A DNA stretch of 64,000 bases from Candidatus Hermodarchaeota archaeon (GCA_048885525.1 JBHLLP010000001.1:54799-118798); one strand, 5' to 3'; positions 1 through 9,367 are shown, numbered from the stretch's first letter. Notes: a model not told the origin generated them from the letters alone. A program made the numbers and translations.

Positions 1-1507
1 AATCTTTCATAGGAGCAAAAAATCTTAAGTATCTATCTCTCTCATCTAAGGAATAATGAAGTTCCTGAATCATTCTCTCATCTGTAGGTTTGACAGGACG
101 AATTTTTATTTTTTTTCCATTTTTGAGCTTTAAAAATGTTTCATACTTTTCGGGATAAATACTTATTCTTCCATCAATTGAAATGGGCAATTTTTGGTCT
201 GAATACACATATTTCCACTTTTTAGCATGCTCTAATAAATCTTCCCGAAAATCAGGATGAGCAATATTTATCATTTCAAGAACCCTTTCTCTGATACTTT
301 TTCCATAAAGATAAGCTATACCCCATTCAGTTACAATATAGTGAATATCTCCTCTTGTAATTACCACACCAGAACCCGGTTGAAGGTAAGGAACAATTCG
401 AGATACTAATGTACCGTCTTTTAACGTTGCAGTAGAAGGTAAAGTCATGATAGGTTTTCCATCTATCGATCTCCCAGCACCTCTGATAAAATCAACTTGA
501 CCTCCAATGCCGCTATAAAATCGGTGACCTAAAGAATCTGAATTCACCTGTCCTGTCAAATCAACACTTAGAGCTGCATTTATAGCTACTTGCTTATTGT
601 TTTTGCTAATTATATATGGATCGTTTGTGTAGTCACAAGGATGAAATTCAACCATAGGATTATCATCAACGAAATCATACAATCTTTTAGAACCCATTAC
701 AAAAGAGCAAATAATCTTATCTTTGTGAAGAATCTTTTTTTTGCATGTAATTACCCCTTCTTCAACAAGATCTACAATTCCATCCGAAAAGACTTCACTA
801 TGTACTCCTAAATCCTTCTTTTCAATTAATTCCTTGGTAACTGCATTTGGAATTTGACCTATTCCCATTTGAATTGTGGACTCATCTTCAATTAAGGAAG
901 CTGTAAATTTAGCAATTTTAATGGAAACATCATCGAGTTCACCATAACTAAATTCAATTATATCATGGTTGCTTAAGACAAAAGCATCAATATCATCCAT
1001 ATGAATAAAGGAGTCTCCTAAAGTACGTGGCATTTTTGGATTGATCTCGGCAACCACATATTCTGCTGATTCTGCAATTGGTTTGACAATATCAACATTA
1101 ATTCCATAACTACAGAAACCATATTGATCGGGTAGGCTTACTTGAATTAAAGCTGTATCCAAATGCATCATTCCAGATAAAAATAATTTTGGAATTTCCG
1201 AAAGAAACATTGGAGTATAATCGGCTTGACCAATCTCCACATATTTACGCAGTGATTTTCCAATAAAAAATGCATTATGCCGAAATAAATCTTCTATACC
1301 ACCTGCAGTCTCATAATAATCCAAATCACTGAGGCTAAGAAAATGTAATATCTCTACATCTGGAATTTTCAATCCAAGTTCAATTAATTTTTTAGTAAGA
1401 TCAATAGGTTCAGCGCAACCAGAATCGATAAAAATACGATTTCCTGATTTAATATATTTTTTAATTGCATCATCTAGGGATATTTGTTTTTCATTATATT
1501 TTTTCAT
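1..1507 (-). CDS. Acetyl-CoA hydrolase/transferase-family CoA-transferase with C-terminal GNAT-like extension (partial; 3' end runs off the left window edge, so it is absent from the ORF track)
   Basis: Own translation of the minus strand from ATG at 1507: MKKYNEKQISLDDAIKKYIKSGNRIFIDSGCAEP...QMGIGQIPNAV...YSGIGGQVDFIRGA..., the pattern of 4-hydroxybutyrate/acetyl-CoA transferases. After about 450 aa it continues into IKIRPVKPTDERMIQELHYSLDERDRYLRFF, a typical start of a GNAT acetyltransferase domain. The frame stays open to position 1. Confidence 0.8.
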   Translation of the reverse strand, partial: MKKYNEKQISLDDAIKKYIKSGNRIFIDSGCAEPIDLTKKLIELGLKIPDVEILHFLSLSDLDYYETAGGIEDLFRHNAFFIGKSLRKYVEIGQADYTPMFLSEIPKLFLSGMMHLDTALIQVSLPDQYGFCSYGINVDIVKPIAESAEYVVAEINPKMPRTLGDSFIHMDDIDAFVLSNHDIIEFSYGELDDVSIKIAKFTASLIEDESTIQMGIGQIPNAVTKELIEKKDLGVHSEVFSDGIVDLVEEGVITCKKKILHKDKIICSFVMGSKRLYDFVDDNPMVEFHPCDYTNDPYIISKNNKQVAINAALSVDLTGQVNSDSLGHRFYSGIGGQVDFIRGAGRSIDGKPIMTLPSTATLKDGTLVSRIVPYLQPGSGVVITRGDIHYIVTEWGIAYLYGKSIRERVLEMINIAHPDFREDLLEHAKKWKYVYSDQKLPISIDGRISIYPEKYETFLKLKNGKKIKIRPVKPTDERMIQELHYSLDERDRYLRFFAPMKD

Positions 1508-1910
1508 TAAGTCAGAAATATCTTGATTAGGAATTAACGGCAAATTATCACCATATAAACCTTTAATATATATGAATTAATTCTTATAGAATTTTAAATA
1601 TTTAATGAAAATAAATTAAAAAGGACATTTTATATTTTTAAAAGAAACCAGTAATCTATTTCTGTTTGAAAAAAGTTAAGATTTAAGCTTAAATATACTT
1701 TTTTTTGTGATTCTGTTTAATTTGATATTTTATAGAAAAAATTCAGTTTTTATATAAAAACAAAATTTTTCCATAAAAAATTTTCATTTTCTATAATAAA
1801 TATTTCAGATCAAACCCAGACACGATTTTAGAGATAAATAATCAATAATAAATATTTAATTACTTTCTAGAACTTATATTTCTATTATAAATGATTTTCT
1901 AAGATTTTAA

Positions 1911-2249
1911 ATGGGAAAAGATAAGGTTGAAATTGAAGATTTAGAGGCTTTCATTAATGGATTGAAAGATTCATTTGATACATTAGAAAATATTGATCCA
2001 ACCCAATCTAAGGGATTCCAAGCACAAATGGCAAAAGCTATTTCAGATTTAAGGTCTAAAAGAGCTGCAAAAATCGAACCTCTGCCAAAGCATATAGGCC
2101 ACTTCACTAAAGAAGATCTTAAAATTTATTTACTTAAGGAACTAGAATCTTTACAAGATCTTTTAGATTCTTCTGATTATAATAGGAGAAGAAAATTTGA
2201 ATTAGTAAAAAAGATTGCTCTATTAAGGGAGCAAGTAAACAATATGTAA
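1911..2249 (+). CDS. Hypothetical small charged/coiled-coil protein
   Basis: 112-aa ATG ORF 30 nt upstream of tatD-like gene. No recognisable motif. The antisense ORF 1907..2107 looks like a shadow. Confidence 0.45.
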   Translation: MGKDKVEIEDLEAFINGLKDSFDTLENIDPTQSKGFQAQMAKAISDLRSKRAAKIEPLPKHIGHFTKEDLKIYLLKELESLQDLLDSSDYNRRRKFELVKKIALLREQVNNM

Positions 2250-2279
2250 GTATTTTATTTTTTAAAATATTAAGAGGTT

Positions 2280-3041
2280 TTGAAAATACTCATTGATATA
2301 CATTGTCATGCTAATCTCTATTTAATGCTTGATGAAATCATTAAAGATGCCAAAAATGTTGGTGTTCAAAAAATAATCTCTGTTGGAATGAGTTTTATTA
2401 GTTTAGAAAGGATCTTAAAAATTTCTGATAACTATGATAATATATATCCTGCCTTAGGCATCCACCCAGAAGAAGTGAGGATGAATAAAAACATAGAAAG
2501 TCAAATAGACGCCGTAATGGATATTATCAAAAAAAATAAAGATAAAATTTGTGCCATTGGAGAAATCGGTCTTGATCATCATTTTATTAAAGAAAAAGAG
2601 TTATACCCACTTCAAAAGGATATTTTTGATAAAATGCTTTCATTAGCACAAGAATTGGAGTTACCTATTAATTTACATACAAAAGGAGCAGAAAAAATAA
2701 TTTTTGAAATGCTTCCATCATATAAGATCCCAAATATAAATATTCATTGGTATTCTGGACCTGAAAACTTTATGAAAGTTGGAATTGACCGAGGATATTA
2801 TTTCTCAATTACTCCCGCTATTAGTTATTCTCCAGCAGTGAAGAACACTGTTATGAAAGTTGATAATGAATTTTTATTACTTGAAAGTGATGGCCCCGTT
2901 AAATATACTGGAAAGATTGGTACACCAGCTATGATTAAAGATGTTTTAAATGCAATAGTTGAGCTAAAAAATATTGATTCAAGAGAATTAGAATTACAAA
3001 TCGAAAAGAACACTAAAAAGGTTTTCCCAAAAATCTTTTAG
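2280..3041 (+). CDS. TatD-family metal-dependent hydrolase (DNase)
   Basis: TTG start preceded by AAGAGG. Motifs DIHCH (HxH), GIHPEE, GEIGLDHH, NLHTKG, NIHWYSG and LLLESDGP match the TatD metal-ligand pattern. Confidence 0.85.
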   Translation: MKILIDIHCHANLYLMLDEIIKDAKNVGVQKIISVGMSFISLERILKISDNYDNIYPALGIHPEEVRMNKNIESQIDAVMDIIKKNKDKICAIGEIGLDHHFIKEKELYPLQKDIFDKMLSLAQELELPINLHTKGAEKIIFEMLPSYKIPNINIHWYSGPENFMKVGIDRGYYFSITPAISYSPAVKNTVMKVDNEFLLLESDGPVKYTGKIGTPAMIKDVLNAIVELKNIDSRELELQIEKNTKKVFPKIF

Positions 3042-3047
3042 TTCCAC

Positions 3048-4100
3048 TTATTTAGGTTTAATTGTTTTTTCAATTCCTTCCCAAAGACCAGAAAGATAAA
3101 CTGCACCAAGAGCACGATCATACAAACCATATCCGGGTCGGCCCTTTTCTCCCCAAATCATTCTTCCATGGTCTGGGCGGATTGCTCCAGTAAATCCTAC
3201 CTCTATAAGAGCTTTTATTACTTTGTACATGTTAACATCTCCGAATTCTGTAGGATGCTCAACTTCATGAAATTTATATTCACCAGTGCGTTTAATATTA
3301 CGGCAATGAACAAATGGAATACGGTTCATAGCACCAAATTTATATATACTTTTTATTAAATCTACCTTTGGATTAGCATTAAGTGTTCCTGTGCAAAAAG
3401 TTATTCCATTTGATGGGCTATCAATAATTTTTACAAAACGGTCCAGAGCAGCTTCATCAGTAATAATGCGTGGTAATTTGAATATAGACCACGGAGGATC
3501 GTCAGGATGAATTCCCATCCTCACATCAACCTCTTCTGCGATTGGAATAACTCTCTCTAAAAAATATTCCAAATTTGACCATAATATCTCTTTATTGATT
3601 TTGGAATAAGCATTTAGGAACTCTCCTAATTCCTTTTTTGTATAATGAGTTGCCCAGCCCGGAAGTTCTAATGAGTCTTTTTTTAAATCAACATTCTTTA
3701 ACTGATCATGGTTATAACTTAGAGTATTCGAACCATCAGAAGATAACATAGCAAGATCAGAACGTATCCAATCAAATACAGGCATAAAGTTATAACACAA
3801 TATTTTTATACCCAAAGAACCCATATTTCGGATGCTTTGACAGTAATTATCTATTAATTTATTGCGAGTTGAACGTCCGAGTTTTATATCTTCATGGATT
3901 GGGATACTTTCTATTACAGAAAAATTCAATCCTACTGTTTCAATCTTCTTCTTAAGTATATTTAATTTTTTAATTGGCCATATTTCACCTATGGGTATAT
4001 CATAGAGAGCTGAAACGATTCCAGTTACTCTAGGGATTTGCTTGATATAATTAAGTGGTATTGGATCACCATCTCCAAACCATCTAAAAGTCATTTCCAT
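3048..4100 (-). CDS. uxuA: Mannonate dehydratase
   Basis: N-terminus MEMTFRWFGDGDPIPLNYIKQIP and length of 350 aa are characteristic of UxuA. HPDDPP and xylose-isomerase-like TIM-barrel motifs are present. Confidence 0.9.
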   Translation of the reverse strand: MEMTFRWFGDGDPIPLNYIKQIPRVTGIVSALYDIPIGEIWPIKKLNILKKKIETVGLNFSVIESIPIHEDIKLGRSTRNKLIDNYCQSIRNMGSLGIKILCYNFMPVFDWIRSDLAMLSSDGSNTLSYNHDQLKNVDLKKDSLELPGWATHYTKKELGEFLNAYSKINKEILWSNLEYFLERVIPIAEEVDVRMGIHPDDPPWSIFKLPRIITDEAALDRFVKIIDSPSNGITFCTGTLNANPKVDLIKSIYKFGAMNRIPFVHCRNIKRTGEYKFHEVEHPTEFGDVNMYKVIKALIEVGFTGAIRPDHGRMIWGEKGRPGYGLYDRALGAVYLSGLWEGIEKTIKPK

Positions 4101-4149
4101 TTTCTTTTACCTTAATTTATTTCCATTAGGAATTATAATCTTTCTTTAA

Positions 4150-5004
4150 TTAAACTCCTGAATATGCAGAAAATCCCCCATCAACAGGAATCACAACTCC
4201 AGTAACAAAACTCGATGCTTTTTCATCAATTAACCATAACAAAGTTCCAATTAATTCTTTTGGCATTCCAAATCGTCCCATTGGAGTGTGTTGAAGAATT
4301 TTTTCCGCACGAGTATTAAAAGACCCATTTTCATTAGTTAAAAGTAAACGATTTTGTTCTGTTAAAAAAAAACCAGGTGCAATTGCATTAACTCGAATAT
4401 TTACTTTAGACATATGAACTGCTAACCATTGAGTGAAATTACTTATTGCTGCTTTAGCTGCGCTATATGCTGGGATTTTCGTTAAAGGGCGATATGCATT
4501 CATTGATGATATGTTAATAATAACTGCTCCTTTTTCATCTATCATTGTTTTTGCAAAAACTTGAGTTGATAAAATCGTCCCTATAAAATTCAAATTAAAA
4601 ATGAATGTGATACCCTCTTGTTCTAAATCAAAAAAAGTTAAACCCTTTTTTTTTTTTAATAAATCTTCTCTGGTAAGGTATTCATCTGATGTCGTACCTT
4701 TAGGGTGATTACCGCCTGCACCATTTATAAGTATACTCCATGTACCAAATTTCTCCGAAATAATTTTTTTAGCTTTTTTTAAACTCTCAAGATCTAAAAT
4801 ATCTGCCTTTATAGCAATTGCAACTCCTCCATCAATTATAATCTTTTTTGCAACTCTCTCAGCTGCTTCTTGATTTATATCAATAATAGCAACCTTTGCT
4901 CCACATTCTGCAAGTGCTTCTGAAAAAAGTCCACAAATCACTCCACCACCGCCAGTAATTACTGCAACTTTATCTTTTAAATTAATCTTTAAGGGTAGAT
5001 CCAT
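4150..5004 (-). CDS. Short-chain dehydrogenase/reductase, likely D-mannonate/fructuronate oxidoreductase by context
   Basis: Cofactor motif TGGGGVICG and catalytic YSAAK. Co-directional with uxuA, 49 nt upstream of it (YjmF-type arrangement). Confidence 0.8.
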   Translation of the reverse strand: MDLPLKINLKDKVAVITGGGGVICGLFSEALAECGAKVAIIDINQEAAERVAKKIIIDGGVAIAIKADILDLESLKKAKKIISEKFGTWSILINGAGGNHPKGTTSDEYLTREDLLKKKKGLTFFDLEQEGITFIFNLNFIGTILSTQVFAKTMIDEKGAVIINISSMNAYRPLTKIPAYSAAKAAISNFTQWLAVHMSKVNIRVNAIAPGFFLTEQNRLLLTNENGSFNTRAEKILQHTPMGRFGMPKELIGTLLWLIDEKASSFVTGVVIPVDGGFSAYSGV

Positions 5005-5091
5005 AATATTTTCACTAACTTTTTTTTATATGAATATTTTTAAGAAAAAAGTGAATAGTTACTTTCTAAGAAACTTTTGTATATGATAATA

Positions 5092-6114
5092 TTAGTTTTT
5101 TTCCATTAAGCTAATTATTTCTTCTGGTAGTTCTTTTTTATTTTTCATGCGATTTAACATATCTTTTACTTCAAAGATTGTATTTCCATAGATATGGAGA
5201 GAATTGCTAAAATCTAAATAATGACCAATAGAAATATCAAGTTGCTCAGCAACAAATTTTTGAATCCTAATCATCCCATTTACATTAGCTTCCCATGCCC
5301 TAAAGAGATCTCTGCTTCTCCAAGTTGTCTGCATAAGTAATTTTCCTTCTTTTATTCGCATATAGATTCTTTGAAGACATGGAGGATCAATATGAAATGG
5401 ATCAATTAAAGGTCTCCAAGTAATTGCTTGGGCTCTTCGTGAATATGGTCTTTCTCTTAATTTCTGTATTATATAATTTATTTGATTAATTCGGGGGAAA
5501 TCAATTAGTTCAATAGGAATTTTTTCAATTCTAATTTGTTCTGAAATTTTTTTATCTAAGTCAAATTCAACTCCATTTCTTAATTTCCAGATAGAGGCTT
5601 CAGGAGTAATCTTAACTTTTTCAGCTTTTAATAACTTTTGGTGATGTCTTACAGATTTTTCATTAATAATATTTAAATTATAATTTCTGTGAATACTATC
5701 TTCAAGAGAAAAAGGAGCATAATTAAAAAGTCTATCATGATATGAGTAAGGAAAGCTTACACCAGATTCACTTAATAAATTATCATTTACACCATTCATG
5801 ATTTCTTCAATATAACCACTTTGAATAGATCCAATTAAATAAGTATCAGCAATACACCCATATACTTCATAAGCATTACCATACTTTGATCTAATTTTCA
5901 TAACTTTATCTTTACGCATGATAGGACTGCTAAAGGGTTCAGTTATCTCAATCAATACTGTTGCATCTTTCGATGGAGGATCTTCACGATAATCATATTC
6001 AGTTTTTATGTTATCACCATTAAATAATACTCTTCCAACAGCAGATAGCCAAGCATCTCTAACATTTTTTTTCGAAATAAAGAAAACTTTTGCCATTTTT
6101 GAACGTTCTAACAA
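5092..6114 (-). CDS. Thymidylate synthase (ThyA)-family protein, divergent archaeal type
   Basis: Motifs RRAQAITWRPLIDP, DPPCLQRIYMRI (nucleophile Cys in PPC context) and TWRSRDLFRAWEANVNG parallel the ThyA R..WNP / PPCH / QRS.D..G..FN blocks. Alternative start is Met7 (MAKVFF, position 6096). Confidence 0.6.
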   Translation of the reverse strand: MLERSKMAKVFFISKKNVRDAWLSAVGRVLFNGDNIKTEYDYREDPPSKDATVLIEITEPFSSPIMRKDKVMKIRSKYGNAYEVYGCIADTYLIGSIQSGYIEEIMNGVNDNLLSESGVSFPYSYHDRLFNYAPFSLEDSIHRNYNLNIINEKSVRHHQKLLKAEKVKITPEASIWKLRNGVEFDLDKKISEQIRIEKIPIELIDFPRINQINYIIQKLRERPYSRRAQAITWRPLIDPFHIDPPCLQRIYMRIKEGKLLMQTTWRSRDLFRAWEANVNGMIRIQKFVAEQLDISIGHYLDFSNSLHIYGNTIFEVKDMLNRMKNKKELPEEIISLMEKN

Positions 6115-6380
6115 ATTATTTTAAACTTATATCGATATAGAGATTCTTTTATTACTAACTATTATTATTTATCTGTTAAATCTTTAATAAGACTCAATTG
6201 ATCGTTTTAAATTTTTATTAAGTATAAATACTCTTAATTTTTGATCATAAATTCTCCAAAATATTTAAAAAACCTAAATTTACATTATTTTATTAAAAGA
6301 ATATATTATTTTACTGTAATATTTATTTAGAAATTTAAAAATTAGGAGTTAAAAGATTATATAATTTTTGAGGTGATATT

Positions 6381-6554
6381 ATGGGTGGATTTGGTAAAAA
6401 ATTAAAGAAAGGGCTTGCTAAGGTAGCTGGTGGAATTGTTGAGGAAGTCACAGGTTCCGAAGCAGCAGGTAAAGGTGTAAAAAAAGCTGTTAAAAAGGGT
6501 AGCGTAAAAAAAGGGTTTAAGAAAGCAATTGAAGAAGCTACTGAAGATGATTAA
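6381..6554 (+). CDS. Small lysine-rich protein (57 aa), not in ORF track
   Basis: Own translation: MGGFGKKLKKGLAKVAGGIVEEVTGSEAAGKGVKKAVKKGSVKKGFKKAIEEATEDD. GAGGTGAT Shine-Dalgarno-like string ends 3 nt upstream of the ATG. Confidence 0.45.
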   Translation: MGGFGKKLKKGLAKVAGGIVEEVTGSEAAGKGVKKAVKKGSVKKGFKKAIEEATEDD

Positions 6555-6673
6555 ATAGATTTTTAAATTTAAAATTTCTTTAAATCTTTTTTATTTTTTA
6601 TTAACATCAAATTTTTATTAATTTATTTATTTTAAATTCTTAAATTAATTAAACTGAATGGTTTAGTTAAATT

Positions 6674-6964
6674 ATGAAATTAAAACTTGAATTTTCTCCT
6701 CCATTTAATGAAGTTACTAAAAATCTGTTTGAAACTCTTGAATTTGATAAAGAACTGACTTTAAATGAATTGATAGAATTTTTTGGACAAAAATTTGGAG
6801 ATAAATTTACAGATTTAGTCTGGGAAAAAGGAGAAAAAGGAAAATTTAACAAACTTCTTTCTATCATTATTAATGGGAGAAGCTATCAGCATGATAAGTT
6901 TTTAGAAACAAAACTGAAAGATGGAGACCAGATTGTTTTCATTTATATTTACTTTGGTGGATAA
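6674..6964 (+). CDS. MoaD/ThiS/SAMP-like ubiquitin-fold (beta-grasp) protein with C-terminal Gly-Gly
   Basis: 96 aa ending ...DGDQIVFIYIYFGG-stop. The GDxV...GG terminus and the size are typical of MoaD/ThiS/small archaeal modifier proteins. Confidence 0.7.
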   Translation: MKLKLEFSPPFNEVTKNLFETLEFDKELTLNELIEFFGQKFGDKFTDLVWEKGEKGKFNKLLSIIINGRSYQHDKFLETKLKDGDQIVFIYIYFGG

Positions 6965-6991
6965 CTGCATAAAAAAAGTTAAATTCCTTCT

Positions 6992-8023
6992 CTAAAGTAA
7001 AATTATTATCCAGATTCCAAATCCAGTTAATAATGGATTTAATATATTATCCGAAATAGTTTTTACATAGGCATCTATTAGCATAAATAATGAACTAGCA
7101 ACTAAACTCATTATAATAATTTTCTCAATAGTTATAGGCAACCATGGATAATATAATAACGATATAACAATAACAATAATGAATGTCGATAAACCACCAG
7201 CGATTAAGCCTTCAATTGTTTTTTTAGAATTTGTTTTAAGATAATGTCTCCCAAATTTTTTACCTATAATACATGCAACACCATCAGCGCCAGTAGTTAT
7301 TAAGGCGACAGCAGCAAAAACGGGAAAAGGTGCAAAAATGAAAGGCGAAAAGGATAAAACTAATGGTGTGGATGCTATAAAAGTATGTAATTCGTTCTGT
7401 TTCATATCTAAATACCACTTTCTAGCCCAGTTTGGAAGCATGTGATACTTATTCAATCGGGTAAGGTCTGCTACTTGAAACATAAAAACAAAGCCATAGC
7501 CAACAGTAATAATTAACCAATAAGAAAAACTGTAATTATCTAATCCCCAACGCGTTAAAATTCCAAGATTATCAAGGATGGTTCCTAATGTCCAAAAGAA
7601 AAAAATCACAAAACATGTGAATAAATGTAGAAATTTTCTTCCTAATTCACTTTTTATATCATCTACCCAGTTTTTATTGAATTCTCCACAAAATTTATTA
7701 TAATCTCTCTCTGCCATAATTTCAGGATTTTTTTTTGAAATAACGTCATTATATATTAATGTTATAGTCCAAATTCCTATTTCAATTAAAAAAAAGATAG
7801 ATGTAAAAAGCCATAAATAATTTAATGAATTTTGACTCAAATTAGGTGAATGAAATCGATACATAAAAGGAAACAGAATTCCTGCTAACAAAAATAGAAA
7901 TGCTAATAATAATTCATTGATAAATAAACGGTTTTCAATCTTAATTTTTCTATTTTTAAAAATATATAAAAAGGTTAAAATAAAATATCCGATGAAGATT
8001 AGGCTTGTAGGCAAAAAATACAT
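6992..8023 (-). CDS. Polytopic membrane protein, CTP-dependent polyprenol/dolichol kinase-like (cytidylyltransferase family 1)
   Basis: Multi-TM. C-terminal motif TTGADGVACIIGKKFGRHYLKTNSKKTIEGLIAGG resembles the D..A..G..G...KT.EG signature shared by dolichol kinase/phytol kinase/CdsA. Confidence 0.6.
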   Translation of the reverse strand: MYFLPTSLIFIGYFILTFLYIFKNRKIKIENRLFINELLLAFLFLLAGILFPFMYRFHSPNLSQNSLNYLWLFTSIFFLIEIGIWTITLIYNDVISKKNPEIMAERDYNKFCGEFNKNWVDDIKSELGRKFLHLFTCFVIFFFWTLGTILDNLGILTRWGLDNYSFSYWLIITVGYGFVFMFQVADLTRLNKYHMLPNWARKWYLDMKQNELHTFIASTPLVLSFSPFIFAPFPVFAAVALITTGADGVACIIGKKFGRHYLKTNSKKTIEGLIAGGLSTFIIVIVISLLYYPWLPITIEKIIIMSLVASSLFMLIDAYVKTISDNILNPLLTGFGIWIIILL

Positions 8024-8099
8024 ATTGTTAACCTTTAAAGGTGTATAATTTAAAAATTTTTACAGCTTCAGCTTTAGATAAAATCTATTTCACTACTCA

Positions 8100-9203
8100 T
8101 TAAAACCACTGTAAAACGAATGAATAATAATTAAAATTTAGAAAAAATCTCAAGAGCACATATGTTAAACTACAGCCAATAGGGATTAATAGATTATCAG
8201 ATAGTTTAATAGGTATATTTGTAAAGATATCAAAAATTAAAAAAATTAGTGACATAATTCCACCCCAGTAAACCCCAATAAAGAACAAGCAAATTATAAA
8301 GGTTGTTATCATTCCGGCTAATGTTCCTTCCCAAGTTTTTTTTTTATTCCATAGGATTCTACTACTTCCGAACCTTATACCAACTTGACTTGTTACCAAA
8401 TCACTAATAGAACTTATACCTAAAATTGTAAAAAATACCATTGGAGGACAAATAAATGCCGCAAACATTTGACCAATCGCAAAATAAAGATATGTGCCAT
8501 AACTTTCTCTTTCTTCATCAGAAAGATATAGTTTCGGGAAAATAGTAAAAGGGAAAGAAAAAAAGCGAGATTTACGCGCAAACTCATTAGCAAGCATAAA
8601 TAAACTCAATATATAGAAAAAGAAAAAGAGGAGATAATAAAACCACCCAAATGAAAACATAATATCCCTAATAGAATTTTGATCATTTATAATTTTTAGA
8701 TAGACTAATAACATATTATTTTCACGAGGAATCATTCCTGCTGAGGAACCAGAAAAGAATACAACTAAATATAATCCAATATACCATACTACTAAAAGAC
8801 CAATGAAAATTAAAACATGATTTACCTTTCGAAGAGTATCTTTTTTAGCTTTGCTCCAAATTTTTCTTTTTTGTTCCAACGTATTATTTAACTTCGAGAG
8901 ACCTTTTTTTACAGTTTTTTTACTTAAAGATGCTATCCCCGTAGAGATTATAATTAATACGCTTATCAAACCTAATGGAACCAATAAAGCAAAAATAAAC
9001 AAAGGAACTAATATAGCTGGAAATAATTTTTCCCGATTCATTAATAAAAGAAAAATAGCGATATGAACAAATACAAAAAATAGAATACCAAATCCAAAGA
9101 AGTTATTTAAAGTATCTGGTTTATATGAAAAATATAAATAATTAAAAAGAATAATAAAAAAAGAGAAAATGACTAATGAAAACCAGATTAGAAAGTATTC
9201 CAT
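8100..9203 (-). CDS. Paralogous polyprenol/dolichol kinase-like membrane protein
   Basis: Multi-TM. C-terminal SDLVTSQVGIRFGSSRILWNKKKTWEGTLAGM carries the same signature as the downstream neighbour (6992..8023). Confidence 0.6.
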   Translation of the reverse strand: MEYFLIWFSLVIFSFFIILFNYLYFSYKPDTLNNFFGFGILFFVFVHIAIFLLLMNREKLFPAILVPLFIFALLVPLGLISVLIIISTGIASLSKKTVKKGLSKLNNTLEQKRKIWSKAKKDTLRKVNHVLIFIGLLVVWYIGLYLVVFFSGSSAGMIPRENNMLLVYLKIINDQNSIRDIMFSFGWFYYLLFFFFYILSLFMLANEFARKSRFFSFPFTIFPKLYLSDEERESYGTYLYFAIGQMFAAFICPPMVFFTILGISSISDLVTSQVGIRFGSSRILWNKKKTWEGTLAGMITTFIICLFFIGVYWGGIMSLIFLIFDIFTNIPIKLSDNLLIPIGCSLTYVLLRFFLNFNYYSFVLQWF

Positions 9204-9367
9204 AATTTAAATAACCTAATTTATAATTGTAATATATTTGGTCTTAAAAATTAATTAAATCTATCGATTTTATGCTTCAATAAAATTATTAATTTTAAAA
9301 TAAACCTTATGAAAAAATTTACAAAATAACTGCTCTTATAATATGTTAGTCTTTAAATTCTAAGCAT

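Noticed and set aside
590-811. 73-aa plus-strand ORF inside the CoA-transferase gene. The same class covers antisense or off-frame track ORFs at 1907-2107, 2825-3013, 3168-3359, 6667-6867, 8851-9066, 9346-9705, 10888-11187, 13298-13492, 14064-14300, 16220-16504, 18035-18220, 19403-19603, 20580-20762, 21836-22051 and 21847-22041
   Set aside because: All overlap longer ORFs that carry clear family motifs or coherent membrane or coiled-coil character. Their products are low-complexity I/F/N/S/L-rich strings typical of shadow ORFs in AT-rich DNA.
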